Of a stretch of DNA of 64,000 bases, positions 38,461 to 53,349 are shown piece by piece. A program made the translations under genes and the position numbers. Below the pieces are notes generated by a model. It saw only the letters and a list, made by a program, of their open reading frames with translations, was not told the DNA's origin and made no database searches. Positions within the stretch are counted from its first letter, which is position 1. Every line of letters begins with the position of its first letter. The DNA comes from Euprymna scolopes (taxonomy: Eukaryota): assembly GCA_053919585.1 (NCBI GenBank), contig CM132798.1. One strand, written 5' to 3'.

Positions 38461-41279
38461 CTTAGTCGAGGATATATACGCGAAGGTGTAACACAGTTTG
38501 TACTTGTCCGTATATTTTTCATTAGAGTACTTGGAAAGCATGCAAAGGGATGCAACATATCTCCAATGAAACAATGGCTGGACTGTAATGTGGATGTTAC
38601 GCTCAAACTGTGGCCGTTGCACTTCAACAGTCTATTGGACTTCACGCCGTCCGTTACCGTCTCAAAAAAAAAATTAGTAAATTTGACGCTGCTGTTTTCC
38701 TATTTTAGGGAGATATATTTATTAATGTTACTTTCTAACCAATGTGTTCTTTTTGTGCTGATTTTTACTGGCCTCAGAATAATAAAAACCTGACGTTTCG
38801 AAACAACTTAAAATCTCTCGCCGTCACCACGTTCATCTCACCCGGTGCACACTTTGCTCCTCTCCTCACCAACACAGATCGAACATAGCTAGCCGTTTCT
38901 TGTCTGCGACTTAACACGTCAATCTTTACCGACGCGTACGTTGCTTTTCTCTAACGATCACATGGGGTACGTTTTTTCTTATGATTTAAGCCCGCCAACA
39001 TTTGCTAATTTGCTTAGTGCTTAAACGGCAGCTGCTGTCGCTGCTAATACCTTCCTTTGCAATCCATCCCTCGGCTGCCCCTGATATGTTCACCAGCGGT
39101 CTTTCCGATCTGTTACAGATTGACAGTAAGGGAATTATTAGATTAAGGACTATTTTAACCCCAGTCTAGGATTAAAGCACACTTTGTATATGTAGCAACA
39201 ATACATAATGCATGACATAATGGTAGCCTTGTAAGGGTAAATAATACACTCTGATATGGGTGTTCCAGATTAAGCCTACCCTTTTCACAACAGTCGTTTC
39301 ATGTTAATTGTTTACACTTTTATTATTTTTGAATGAATACATTACATGTGATACTGTAAAAATATTTATCACCTGAACGTTCTTAATTTTATAAATTTTC
39401 AACTGTCAACTTTACTTATGTTTTAAATAACAGCAAGTATAAATGTTCAACAATGTACAAAAATTGAATTAGGTCTGTATTATATAGTTAGGACTTTCAA
39501 ATTTTTTTATAATTATAAAGGTCGGTTACAATTTATTAATTTAGCTAGTTTATGTTCCTGTTTTTTATATGTAAAACTTATAGGTGTAAAATATCGAGGA
39601 CTGCAAATTTCTGTACAATTGATAATTTAATCAGAATTGAAATATGAAAAAATTACTCTAAATCTGATAAATTCTTCTCGCATTTCAAAAGTTCAGAACG
39701 TAAATGGTGATGGTTCTATGGATATTAATAATTAATTAAAATTGATGACTTGTAACTTTATAAATAAATTAACATGTAAATAATATATTTACGTTAATTT
39801 TATGTATGTCTATTGCATTCGATGTATAGCGAACCAGGAAGGATAAAAATGACTTCGGATAAAGAGCAAAATACTTTCGGATACAAAGATTCAAGAAGTG
39901 ATAATATGATATTTCAATACAGGATGCCTTAGTATTTTATAGCAAAACACTTCAATTACGTAAGGTATGCATACATACTTTAAAGTTGTATGCATAGTTT
40001 CAACAGGTATTTCCGACATCGACATGCGTGTTGTAATGTACTGTTTTTCTATATATAATTTTCATAATTACTAACGCTTTCACATCGAGACTTGATGTTT
40101 CGACATACACTAATAAAATATCAAAAATCGACAAAAAATACATTCTTTTATGAGTAGTCATTCTTTCCATTGTTTATATGTTTTATCCTGTTTTCCCGAC
40201 ATTAATTTTTTAGTTTGCTTTTTTAATATTTAATTAATTTTCCATTAGCTAATTTCTGTTTCGTTTCTGTCTGTCACTTTTAAAATGTTGTCTATTTCAT
40301 GCTTATTATTACATGTGTTTTTTTTTTACCTTTTTCTATCATTTCGATGTCTTTAGTTCTGGACAATTATTAAAACACCGGAATATTGCTGATGGCAAGT
40401 GATATAAAAAGTAAATTACACAAACATGATTATTTTTTATAATTAATTGTCTTGCAATATGTTTTCAGGGACAACGTCGACGAAAATCGTGACTCAACTG
40501 AAAGACAAATATTTATGTAATATATTTACAAAATGTCGAACACATTTTCGAATTGGAAATATATTTCCAAATAATTACATTATATTTATATGAATCTTTA
40601 CTTTATTTTATATACCGAGATTTACATGTTTCATTTCAATTGCGTTTTTTATTCATGTGTATTGTTTCATCTTCTACAATTACTTCCTTTTGTTGTGAAA
40701 CGTTAAGAATAAGCCCTTACTAAACCAGTAGGATTTTGGTGCTTAATTTAAAAATGATGGCTAATATATAAATCCCTCCGTAAACACGAAGCTTTTCATA
40801 CAAAATATTTTATTATCAAAATTTAGAGTTTAATTAAAAATATTCAGTAATTTTTGTCACAGCTGAGATGATCGTTTCATAGCAGCTGTGACAGATCAAT
40901 CAATCTCGTACCAAACAGAATCATAGGTTAAATCTTAGATCACCTTCCTATGGATATAATAATATGGTAGAGAAATTAATAGCTGGCTTTCTTTCTAATA
41001 AATGTGTACTAGAACAGTAAAGTGTAATAGAACAGTAAAATCATTATATTGACTTGCGAAGTTATAGATATAAGGCAGGAATAAGGTCTTAGAACGAAAC
41101 AAGGGAAACATTAATAACAATACTACATTTGTGGATTAGTCGGTTCCCGTGTAGGTTGAATATTGTATCACCTCCTATGTAATTCTTTTACTGTTGTTGT
41201 AATTTTCAAACGGTGTGTGCAATATATGTTATCATTTTCTATTCTGTCTACTACGTGAAATTCAATTATAGCAGCATAT

Positions 41280-41700
41280 CCAGATAATGGATTTCGTCAA
41301 CAAAGAACTATACAGAATATCTAGAGGCGGGTTACCAAAACTTCAGCTTCAATAACCGAAGACGAACTTAGAGAGATGACTAAATCCTGAATGCAGAACG
41401 TTAAGTTTTAAGAGTGTTTAAAGGAACGCGACTATTTCTTCCAATTACACTGTGTTCTCTGTATTGAAAATCGACAACAACCTAGAACCTGTTTAAGGAT
41501 GTTATTTTTTATATTGCTCCTGTAAAAAGTTAGAGGGTATGCAGGAATACTAACCAATAATCTCAGACGTTTTTTTGACAATCATCACTGAAGTTCATTC
41601 AGAGCGCTGGAGCAAGAATAGATCTTGAAATCACATACCCGCTGAGACTGTTTCGGAGAGAAACTGTTTTAATATTTAAGGAAATATAACCAATTATGTT
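41280..41700 (+). mobile_element. RTE-like RT fragment
   Basis: ASITEDELREMTKS; homologous to the reverse complement of 43566-43605. Confidence 0.5.
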
Positions 41701-42299
41701 ATAGTTAGCAAACTACGGAAGCTTCCCATTGTTTCGTACTATGTAAATTGCTTTTATCACGAATGCTATTAAAAAAATATCACTTCTATTATGAAATTAC
41801 CGTACGAGATATTATTAGCAGTGGATAAGCATTTGATTTTGTAGGACGTAATCGAGATTTTTGCAACAATGTATACTGTTTTTTCATCTGAAAACTTCTT
41901 AGATGAACATACAGTTACACAACTTAGGCACATTACACAGGAATCACATCAGTAAACCAGGAAAGGGAGACGGCTGATCCTCAGCATTTTAAAGAGTAGG
42001 GTATCTAGTTAAGCTTGTACATTGGTTAAACTCTGTTTAATAATAGTTGAATTAAATGCAATTTATATAACTTAACACCGTTATAATATTTTTAAGTACT
42101 AGGAGCAAAATATTATAGAACCAGTTAATTTGGTGGCATAAATATTCTTGATTAGTTCGGCAGCTAAAAATGTTGATCAGTCATACTATTTTCAGACATG
42201 AGTGATGTTTCGAAAGACAGGCAACCATTATCGAAAAATTATGAAACAGGAGTAATATTCGTTGCTACAATATTATTCTGCTTGGATCGTTGACATCAA

Positions 42300-43620
42300 C
42301 GTTTTATGCCGCATACATCGCTGTTTCTTCAAGCCGGTTGGCGAACGAACTAATCTGAGGAACGAGGATAGACGTGCCCAAACTAATGTTGTCTGTTTTT
42401 AGCAAAAACGCTTCAAAGTTTAGATTATTTCACCTTGTTGCATTAGATGGCATGTCGGTGAGTCCGACTCGTAAATTGCTACAAAACAACTATAGGTAAA
42501 AGCTATAAATTGGAGGAGATCCTCCTTGCGCTGATGGCAAGTGTGATAGCCGTAGAATAAATCGGTTCAGGCAAGAAATTTGTAGAGGCTGACTTGATCT
42601 GACAGAACTAAACGCACTTTTAAAACAATAGAAAGCAGCCCAATCTTGGCCAATTCGAAGAGAATTACATGTTTCGTCTGACCCGTTTACGTGAATGTAA
42701 AATAAATTATGTAAATTATTTTATCTCCATAATTTGACTCTTGCGAACATTTGCATCCAGATTAGGTATTCGGATATATGTCGAAAAGAACTTTTCTTTT
42801 CGTCGAATTAATTTTCATGCTTACTTACTTAGCTGCGATATTTAACACTCCATGCATCGATATAGAATTCGCCACGAACTACAGCATCATTAGAAAAATT
42901 AGAATTGGAAATTGTGCTATAACACCCAGTCGTTGATCCTTTGAGATAAGCAGAGCTTTTTCCGAGTATCCAAGAGATAATGTCATGTAAGAATACAGTA
43001 GAGAGTACTCATTGTGGAATAACGTTCGTTTGAGCATCAAAAGATCGGTCATTTCCGTTTGAGCATCATTTTTAAATTCTAAAGATTAAGTGGAAATCAA
43101 TCAGTATCCGTCATATTTCATATACTTTCTCTATCTACTGAATCTAATGCTAAAAAAGTCGATGAAACACATACGTGTTACCTGCTAGTATTACTATCGC
43201 TGCTCGATTAGTCGTTTATTGCGAATACTTTCTCGATGCAACCTCGTGTTTGACGGAAACAACCTTGTTTGGAATGGTTACGTAGGTTTCTCTAAGTTTG
43301 GAAATCTTGGCTAATTATGACCGATCATAGTTTGGGTGCAGCAAAACTAAAACTTATATCTCAATAAATACTAGCGATAATTGCAATAATTTTTTAAGAA
43401 GGTGGGTGATAATGACATTACCCTAGCCATAGAGGACAGTATACGAACACCAGCCACTGTTGCTGATGTAATTTAGAATCGTCGCGATGAGAACGAAATT
43501 GCTTTTGTATATCTCTGATGATAGACTATGCCCAGAAGTAACTTTGTTTTTTCTAAAGGTTTTAATCATCTCTCTAAGTTCGCCTTCGGTTACTGAAGCA
43601 GACTTGGATTCATAAATGTT
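42300..43620 (-). mobile_element. RTE-clade LINE RT remnant
   Basis: VTEGELREMIKTFRKNK, QGCFRQTRGCIEKVF, CFIDF..LDSVDRESI. Confidence 0.75.
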
Positions 43621-46600
43621 TACAACGATAGTGTTGGGGCAATATTACGGTGTGTTACTATTAATAAGATTCGAAAATGTTGCTTTAACATATTTCAGAT
43701 TAAACATTCAATTATAAATGTCGGAAATATTAAAATGTGATAATGGGTTGAACAATAAACGGTTGGTGCGATCTGCCAGTAAAATAAAAGAATAAGCGGC
43801 TTCCTTCAGTAGCATTTCAGTGGTAGCCTCGTGGTTTTTCCTTGGTTGTTTTAAAATCTGGTTTAATTTACAGTGTCACCCATCAAACCGGCTTCATATT
43901 TTTATACAAACTTTTGAAAGTATTTATTACTGTTGACTCATGCGGATCCCACAGTTTGTCCTCTAATTATCTTGAAATCCACACCCTGTATGTTTGTCTT
44001 GCGCTTTTTATTTTCAAGCAATGGGATTTTGGGGGCAAGAAGTCTATTTTTTATCGGATGCTTGTTTCAGCTGATTTCTTGAACATGGTATTTGGAAATC
44101 AATAAGTGTGTTTTGAGGGGTGTTCTATGCTCTTTTGTATTAAGCTTTCGAAATTTTGTTTTTCAGACAAAATTGAACGGCAGTATCTGCGTGGCCAAGT
44201 TAAGCAAGGTGTATTTGTTTAACACAATGCAACTTATATATGCTTTTTAGACGAAGTCAAAGGTTCGCACGGACAAACATGTGGTCGCGGACATTAAGAT
44301 TCCAAGTTTCGACTCCAAGACATACTCAACCCTCTGAAACACAACAAAACAATCTTGACCGTACCATTATAAAACTTCAGACAAAATTATAGAGCACCAA
44401 TGAAAAATAAAAATTACGATACAAACTTATCTATTTAAAAACTATGAATAGTGGAGTAAGCATTCAAAAATAAGTTTAAAATAAACCAATATTTGGTGTA
44501 TCTTCCTCCTTTATTCATAACAGTTTTTATTCGTTAGTAAAAAAAGGCATATTATTGACCAACTTGTCGCAGGTTGTTTAATATATTTTCTGACACTTTT
44601 CATGATACACATTTGTGCATTCTCACTCTCTTAACAAGATGGGAACAAAAACGGTTAAATGGGAGGTAGATCTGTGGATGTAGGGACTATTTCATCAGTG
44701 CAATCTTTCTTTTTCTCGAAGCAATCTATTGAGACTTTTGACGTATAGCATAAGACATTGTCTTGTTGAAAGTTTATACCACTTAGAATATAATGATTAA
44801 ATATGTTGCCTCTTTTTCGCTTCAATTATACTGTTTCTAACAATTAATCTTCTAACATTTGTTTCAGTTTAATTTAAAATGTAACGCATATGTTCTTTCT
44901 TTTTTCATCCTGCATCACCTATCTAAATGCCAGTATTATTTGGATTCTTTTGATTACAATTTACATCTTGAGTTTTATTTTCTCAACGTTTCCTGTATTG
45001 TCTCGAACTCGGCAACGTTTCTCTCGAACTCGGGAATCTAGCCGATATTTTAAATCAAACCCTTTATTAACTTCAACGAGTAGCATGATCTCGTTTCCCC
45101 GGCAATAATAAGTACTGCGCCACGGATTTTACGGGAGAGAAATACTTAGAAAAATCAATTGTAAAGTAATATTCTCCTGAAGTTTGAAATTAAATTCTTT
45201 AGCATAGTCGACCAAAAATACAATTGCGAATTACTTAGAACTTCTAATCAGTCATATCTAACGAACCGAGTGCATGACGTCCGTAAGTAAATAAAGGATT
45301 CCGTTAGAAATTCCGCCAAGATAGTCTTTTTTTATATAAACAATTAGAAGTTCGACATATACATGGACCGAAACCTTGTGAAAATAACACTCAAGTTTAG
45401 AAAAGTAGTTGAAAGTATTCAAATCCAATCCTTATCTCCAAAAGACAGAAACGTGATGTCATAATATATATTATATTTGATGAATGGATAAGCAGTCGAA
45501 TTGTTCTTTGCAATCTATCTCTTTCCCTTTTATTTGTCATCCTGTTCTTACTGATTGAACTGTTTTCTCTGTCATCATCCCTCGTCTTCCTTATCTTCAC
45601 CTACTAGCTTTTGTGTTTCTTCATTATTGCAATCTCTTTTTGTACATCTCCTCTCCATTACTTCTGTACGATATTATCCTAATACGTTCCACCATCTTTC
45701 TCTTTCATTTTCTTTTTCTTCTATGAATTCTGCCTATTCTTATGAGAATATTTTATTTTGTTTACCTTTTATAATTATTTTAATGTTTATACATTAATTA
45801 TATTTTGTCTTTCTGTACTGTCTACTTAATCTCTTATTTACTGTCTTTCGTCTTATAATATTTTTCTTGGTCGTATTATTTGAATTTTTGTTTTTCTTTA
45901 TCTCTTCTCTATTAAATTTATGTTCCTAGCATTCTTATTGGCTAACGAATCAACGTCTTATGGTTTATTTTCTTCAATTCACGGATTTAAATGTCATTGG
46001 AAATATATTTATAATTCATAGAAAACTGAAAGGAATACAAGAATATGACAATATTAAAATTAAAATTCCTACCTGTCGTTTTCCTCATTTATCTGTTATT
46101 GAGTATTTAATCAACTGCATATGTCGCAATGAACGGGAAACAAATAAATGAGAAATTAAAACAAACAAAAAAAACTATTTAATTATTGATTTTGTCAATA
46201 AACGACAAATCGACGTTAAATGCACTCACGAAATGGCATATTCCTTATCGTACGACATTCTATTATAAATATTTTATCAAAAATATTAAAATACGATAAT
46301 GGTTTGAACAATAATTAATATATATATTATGAATCACCAGTAAAGATAAATATTACGCTGTATGGATTGTAGTGTGTTTTGTAGATATTTTTGTTTAGTA
46401 TGCTCTGATTCATATGCACACAGCTGGATATAGTACGTAAAGAAAATGTGTGCCTTATATTGTCCAATATATATAAAACTAAATAATATTCGGCAATCCT
46501 CATTAGATACACTGAGACTCTATCTACTTATACTCACTTGTTTGCTACAGCAAAAATGCGTGATATAGCGACCCAATCATTTTTAAGTATATTTTCGCTA

Positions 46601-47777
46601 ACTCAAGGATTATAATGCAGTACTCAACGTCTGTTTCTCATAAAACCATACATCTTTAAAGAATGGATCAGTCTCAGCAATCAATACAAAAACGAAGACA
46701 TACATGAACATAATATATTTCTTCCTCCATGACAGGAATAACAGGTAAGTAATAACACTTTCGGATTGCCGATAAACCGTTCAGGTTTTGAATGTTTATT
46801 TCAAACATTTTCTCGTTTAGCCGGAGAGATTGTCGATCATTATATCAGTTGTTATATCAGGAATATGTGATGTACATAGTAAACACGCATACACATCTTT
46901 TATAAATATGTACCTGATCGTGCAACTAACCCACATAATTGGCGATCATAATACAGAATACGTTATTAACAATTCAGTTTCAAAGTAAATATTTAAATTT
47001 AAAAAATACGTAGAAAATCAAAAATAGACACACAGTCTTCTTGATTTACCTTGAGAAAACATCACAACACTTTAAAATGACGGATTTTTTGTTATTTTTC
47101 GTAAATATTGTAATATATCTTCTTCTTAATAAAAGAAAATAGATTATGCATTCTGTCCGGATTCTGACACAACGAAATCACCGAAAATTGAATATTTCCA
47201 TCGCGCATTTTCATTCTATCTTACACACCAGTCTACTTCATTTTAGGATAATCTTGCCCCCTTTATTGGTATACAATGATTCAGAGCAGCTATATCGATG
47301 TGGCAATTTTTAACAGCCTTTTCATAAATCATCTATGAATCTACTCTTTTTACGGCGTTAAAGACAAAACAAATGTTTGGACGAGGAACAGGAGAGATAT
47401 ATTTATGACTTTTCGAAAACAAGTTTTCACCTACATCGCTTTCTGTATTCATCTGCTGTGAAATAGAGTAGGGGTTAAAAACACCGGCTATCGTTTACAC
47501 TATCATTTGGAAACTTGCTCACGGCAATTTTTGGTCTGGGTGTGATGCCTCGAAGTGAGTATAAATGCGCTTTAATTTGGTTCGCTCATATTGCTGCGGA
47601 AATAACAAACTATCGCTAACAAATAATGCAATGCTATGTGTGAAAACACATAGGGGTGAGGCGTTTTGTTTCGCCTACGTCCTTTATGGTTCTTATAAAA
47701 GCGTAACGGTTGGAAGTCTCAACAAGTTTCGACAATAGCTTGAGACAGTTGCTACTTTGGGCGGACCTGGTACACTA

Positions 47778-47839
<62 letters not shown>

Positions 47840-48318
47840 AGTTATGAAAATATATGCCAATTAAGCTACACAGAATATTTCGCGTTTCATTCTCATAAGA
47901 ATCAATCAGTCTGTGGCAGTAGGAAGGAAGACTCGAACCCGTACCGCAAAGGAGGTAAAGCACGGGGTAAAACCTAAGGTTTATGCTGTTACGACCNNNN
48001 NNNNNNNNNNNNNNNNNNNNNNNNNNNNNNNNNNNNNNNNNNNNNNNNNNNNNNNNNNNNNNNNNNNNNNNNNNNNNNNNNNNNNNNNNNNNNNNNNNNN
48101 NNNNNNNNNNNNNNNNNNNNNNNNNNNNNNNNNNNNNNNNNNNNNNNNNNNNNNNNNNNNNNNNNNNNNNNCTGCCTATGTACTGAGCAGTGCTGAAGTA
48201 AATACTCGTAATTTACACATAAATTTATATCTTCGTACATTAATTTAAAAAAAAAACACATATTAAATATAAAAAAAACAGCATGAATGTTATAGTGTAT
48301 AAGCAACTCTCACACTTG

Positions 48319-48367
<49 letters not shown>

Positions 48368-50838
48368 ATTCAATTTCCACGGTTTTATGATCAAACGAGT
48401 GCATCATCTTTTCAATGATTAAACATATTATTTTATTAAAATTAAATTCGATATTTGGAGTCGTAAGAAAATCTTAATCAGGAAAATCAAATTTTAACGT
48501 GTCCTGCGTATGGTATGCTTGGGAGACTTTCTTAGATGCCTAATAAAGTATGAGGAACAGATCGATCGCGTATATGATAACTAACTGAAAATGCACTGTT
48601 AATATTCATCACCCATTTTGATATTAGAATGCAAAATTTGATATTTTACGGTTTAAAGACCAAACATGTCCAAAATGTATTTCCATGAATAAACACGTAT
48701 TTATTTAGATTACATTTTATATTTCGATTATTAACAATATCTTTATCTGGAAAATCCCGGATTATTTTTACATCCATGCCAATTGATTTTCTTGAAGGTT
48801 ATTTTAATAACTAAATATGTTTTATTTTAAACACTGGATTTTCTACTATGCAACACACACGTGCTCGATCCGCGCCTGATGCCGAATCGAACATCTAAAC
48901 CTTATACTGAAGGAGGACGGGCAAAGCATTATCATCGACATCGTACGTTAAAAAAAACTGGATTTAAATACAAAGTATAGTTTATAATAAGTATAAATAA
49001 GAGGTTTATCTATAATAAAATACAACATGTCTATTTTGGACAGACTTTATTCTCGCTTTTGATTCGTGTGAACTACTCGTCAATTTGTTCTGTAAATCCT
49101 TAGCTATTTTTCTTAGTTAAAATAAGAACAGTAAAAACCGTTGTTCGATTTAAAAATATGTGAGAATTAAAAAAAATGCCTGAGAGAAACTCGGAGAATT
49201 CATATAAATTGGTTTTAATGAAAGGATGATATACCCCAAACAAAAATATATTTATATGTTTATATAATTGCAAGTAGTTACACGTTTAGAAGATATGAGT
49301 GTAAGTCTAAAATTAGGAAACTACGCACGGACTTTATTGATCGCGTCAAATACAGTTTTTGTAACTATTTACCACTCAGCACAATAGAAAAACAGTATAA
49401 AAATATTGTGAAAAAATGCACTATGAAGTAACGTGGGATAAAAATCAATTACTTTCATATAAAACTTGATTGGAATGTATTTCTAAAGTTAATGGATACC
49501 ATTTTTTCAGGATCTGAATTTTTAATAGAATACCTCAAATATATGATTCGAATACGAGGAAAACGAACAAGAGCAGCAGTATTTAAACTTATATCACAGG
49601 AACATAATGGTTTTACAGAAAAAAAAGTATAGTATGTTATTCAAATAGTTATAACATATTATAGACCGTCGTTTTATTAAAACACAGAAAATTAACTTCG
49701 TATTTTAGTGTTGGCAAAGTACTACAATATATACTCACCAAATTAGCTAAATTTATTGCCCAGTAAAACAATACAGAAAAAGAGAGTCGAATTGTTCACA
49801 AGGGGTAGAATACGTTTTTCCCAGGGTAAAACGTGTTCTTCATTTTCATGTTGATTCTAATCGGAAAATTATCTTGACATCCGGTTCCTGACGACAACAA
49901 CGTAATTACAAAGGGGGGGGATTTACATCCATATTGCACAAGAAAGCTTTGCAATAATCTAAGGTGTAAAACATTCAGCAGGTATATCAATGGGCGGACA
50001 ATTACAGTACAACAATTTTCATATAAAAAAGCTCATGAGTACATGACAATTGATTAACTTCACCGTTTAAAATATTTTATTTAATAGCAACTTCCAAAAA
50101 TCATGTGTACACACTAAGAAACATGGACGCGTGTTATACAAACGTTTATTCTGCGAAATATTTACAACATCCTTAGTTCTGTTTTCCCCCGAGAAATAAA
50201 CAAGATTTTGATTTCTGCAGTTATCACTTATAGTCAATCCAGGTAGAAACCCGGTGGGCATATTCGTTTTCATTTCTGGTCTCTACGTATTTTAAAACAG
50301 TAAATGTCCGTCTAATTTAGACGCGTATAACACAACAATTGATTAAATGAATCAAATTCCTTCAGATGTAACAAGGCAATTGTGAAAAAATATGTCACGA
50401 TTTACTCTTATCGCCATATTGGACGTATGCTCATAATTTCATCGATTTTGCGGATTTTAATCGTTTTATTTGTAATATTTGGTGCAAGATTTCTGTAGGT
50501 TAGTTTAAAGATTTATGATTAGTTTGTAAATAATGTTGGTAATTACTTGTATATGTAAGAAAACACCATAATATATAACTGTACCCTAAGGTTGATCATG
50601 AAAACGAACATAACTGTTTTATTGTACCTTAATTTATATATGGGTAATTGCATCATACAACAACGCTCTCCGCTTGTATTTATTAAAGTAAAAATAAATA
50701 AAGAAAAAAACATAGTGACATTTTATATTATTTAATGATATAAAGATACATATGCATCTGCAGAAAATGTTTAATCATTATTTAATGTATATATGTATGC
50801 ATATATATAGTGAACTTTAATTTATATATATATGTATA

Positions 50839-50876
<38 letters not shown>

Positions 50877-50930
50877 CTACTTCATTTATTCGCATAAATT
50901 TTATATACGAAAGTATAGATTTATGCGTAA

Positions 50931-51098
50931 ACTTTAAGTATTTACTTCAAAAGTGCTCAATACGTAGGTAGAGCTAGTTAGTAGTTTATAAAATATATTA
51001 AAATATATAAAAAAACTTTAAGTATTTACTTCAAAAGTGCTCAATACGTAGGTAGAGCTAGTTAGTAATTTATAAAATATATTAAAATATATAAAAAA
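50931..51098. repeat. 84-bp tandem duplication
   Basis: ACTTTAAGTATTTACTTC... starts at 50931 and again at 51015, nearly identical. Confidence 0.9.
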
Positions 51099-51309
51099 AT
51101 AAATAAATAAATAAATAAACATGAATATACATAAACGATCACATACATATATGTATATATATGTATATATATATATATATATATATTTGTATATGTATGT
51201 GCATTGTTGTGTGCACATAGGTATATTTATATGTATAAAAAAAAAGGAGAGCGGCCACCTAAAACCACTAACCTAGTTCTAAAACAGATCCTTTGTTTGA
51301 TAAAATGCA

Positions 51310-51390
51310 TGCCCATTGGCTGGTAGGAAGGGGCGCGGTGGATACTAGAAAGCTGATTGGCCGACTAGAAATCCTCAACATATATAAAAA
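51310..51390 (+). promoter_or_regulatory. Pol II-like promoter upstream of the hammerhead
   Basis: Two ATTGG (inverted CCAAT) boxes at about 51315 and 51356; TATATAAA at 51381-51388. Confidence 0.55.
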
Positions 51391-51412
51391 ACAAGAAGCA
51401 ACGGCAGAATTC

Positions 51413-51476
51413 GCGCATAAGCCTGACGAATCCTATAGTTGGATGAAACGCAGAATATTCAGTGTAGCTTAATCGC
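51413..51476 (+). ncRNA. Intact type I hammerhead ribozyme
   Basis: TAAGC-CTGACGA-ATCC(TATAGTT)GGAT-GAA-ACGC(10 nt)GTGT-A-GCTTA; predicted cleavage after GUA at 51466. Confidence 0.88.
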
Positions 51477-51494
51477 CATATATATTTTATAAAT

Positions 51495-51548
<54 letters not shown>

Positions 51549-52230
51549 CAAGCAAGTGGTACAGAAAGCTGGGATTATAGGTATTACAATATATTATTAG
51601 CAGTAATATTCTATAAGTACTATCCGAGCTAAATGAAATTATGAAGTTATTTTGGAGTGAAATTTGAAGCTCATGTTTTTTAATTATAAAAATATTAAAT
51701 ATATTACATTTATGTTTATTAATTAACAGATATAAATAACCTATATAATATATTTTCTATCGGACTCATACCATAAACAATGAAAATTTCTACAAGAAAA
51801 TGCCTACTTCTGACTGTTACATTTGGTGAGGATTACTCAAAACACAGATTGGATCACTTTACCTCACTGCTATCAAAGACATTCACTTTGAATTTTTCCA
51901 CTCAATTTTGATGTGAATTTATTTACTCTTTTCATAAATTCCCTTACTTTATGGTATTTAAATACTTAAAAAAAATAATAGTGATGTTCCATGTCTCCCT
52001 GACTTGAGCAAATAAGGTGCAACACAGTTATACTTATTTGCTAATATGTTCTCCTCTGAAGAGATTGTAGACATCGAACAACTATAGGATAAAGTTATAA
52101 CATTTCAAATGTAATATTCGTCTTACATGAAAAAAAAACTTGATTGAAATTTTAATATTTCACGCCATAAATTTTTAAATTTATTGAATAACGCATAAAT
52201 ATATGTATTTGTGTGATTATTGTATATATA

Positions 52231-52285
<55 letters not shown>

Positions 52286-53349
52286 CTTACTTAAAACAGC
52301 AGACAAAGATAAAAAATACGTTTAGACATAATCATTATATTTAATTTTTCAGCTCANNNNNNNNNNNNNNNNNNNNNNNNNNNNNNNNNNNNNNNNNNNN
52401 NNNNNNNNNNNNNNNNNNNNNNNNNNNNNNNNNNNNNNNNNNNNNNNNNNNNNNNNNNNNNNNNNNNNNNNNNNNNNNNNNNNNNNNNNNNNNNNNNNNN
52501 NNNNNNNNNNNNNGTCTTTTTTTAATTTTCAATAAGTGTATGCAGTTTGTAGTCGACCGTAACTTTCTGTAATTTCTGCTACAATAATTGTCATCTTCTG
52601 GCGAATTGCTGCAAGTCGACGGATATATTGAACGTTTACTTTAGTGTTGACCGTCTATGTCTCCTTACTTAATAAAGAAAATCAGAAAAAAATGCAGTAA
52701 ATATTTGTTTATACAGCTATCAAATTATGGATGCTTAATTGAATATTTCATGTACTTTTTTAGAAGTCTACTCGCTTTTTTCAACGGCTACAATCGTACA
52801 TTCATAAATAAACACATGAAAAACGTTTACGTACTCTCCACACCGTCCGCTCTCTGTCTGTCACTTTCTGAACATGTTTAATCCATATATANNNNNNNNN
52901 NNNNNNNNNNNNNNNNNNNNNNNNNNNNNNNNNNNNNNNNNNNNNNNNNNNNNNNNNNNNNNNNNNNNNNNNNNNNNNNNNNNNNNNNNNNNNNNNNNNN
53001 NNNNNNNNNNNNNNNNNNNNAGGTTTACCTATGCTGACGACGGATGATATATTAATTTTAGAGTTAATTCGTTTGTTTTTACCCATCACAGTTATTTAAT
53101 TAATATCTATAATCAGTTGTACATAATCAATTTAACTAAAGCATTAAAACAATTGATAGTTTGGGACTATTTTGTGACAGACAACTATTATAACATATCT
53201 TTATAACAGGCTCTGACAATTCGATTACTATTGATTATAATGACTTCTCAGATTGAATGGATGCGCACTTATATACATTTCAGAGTTAATTCGCTTGTTC
53301 TTACACAGCACCGTTATTTCCATAATATCTATAATCACTAGACTAATCC

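Noticed and set aside
17157-51218. Many ORFs rich in YI/IY, poly-N/T/I or X runs
   Set aside because: Artefacts of (TA)n, (TAA)n microsatellites and N gaps.
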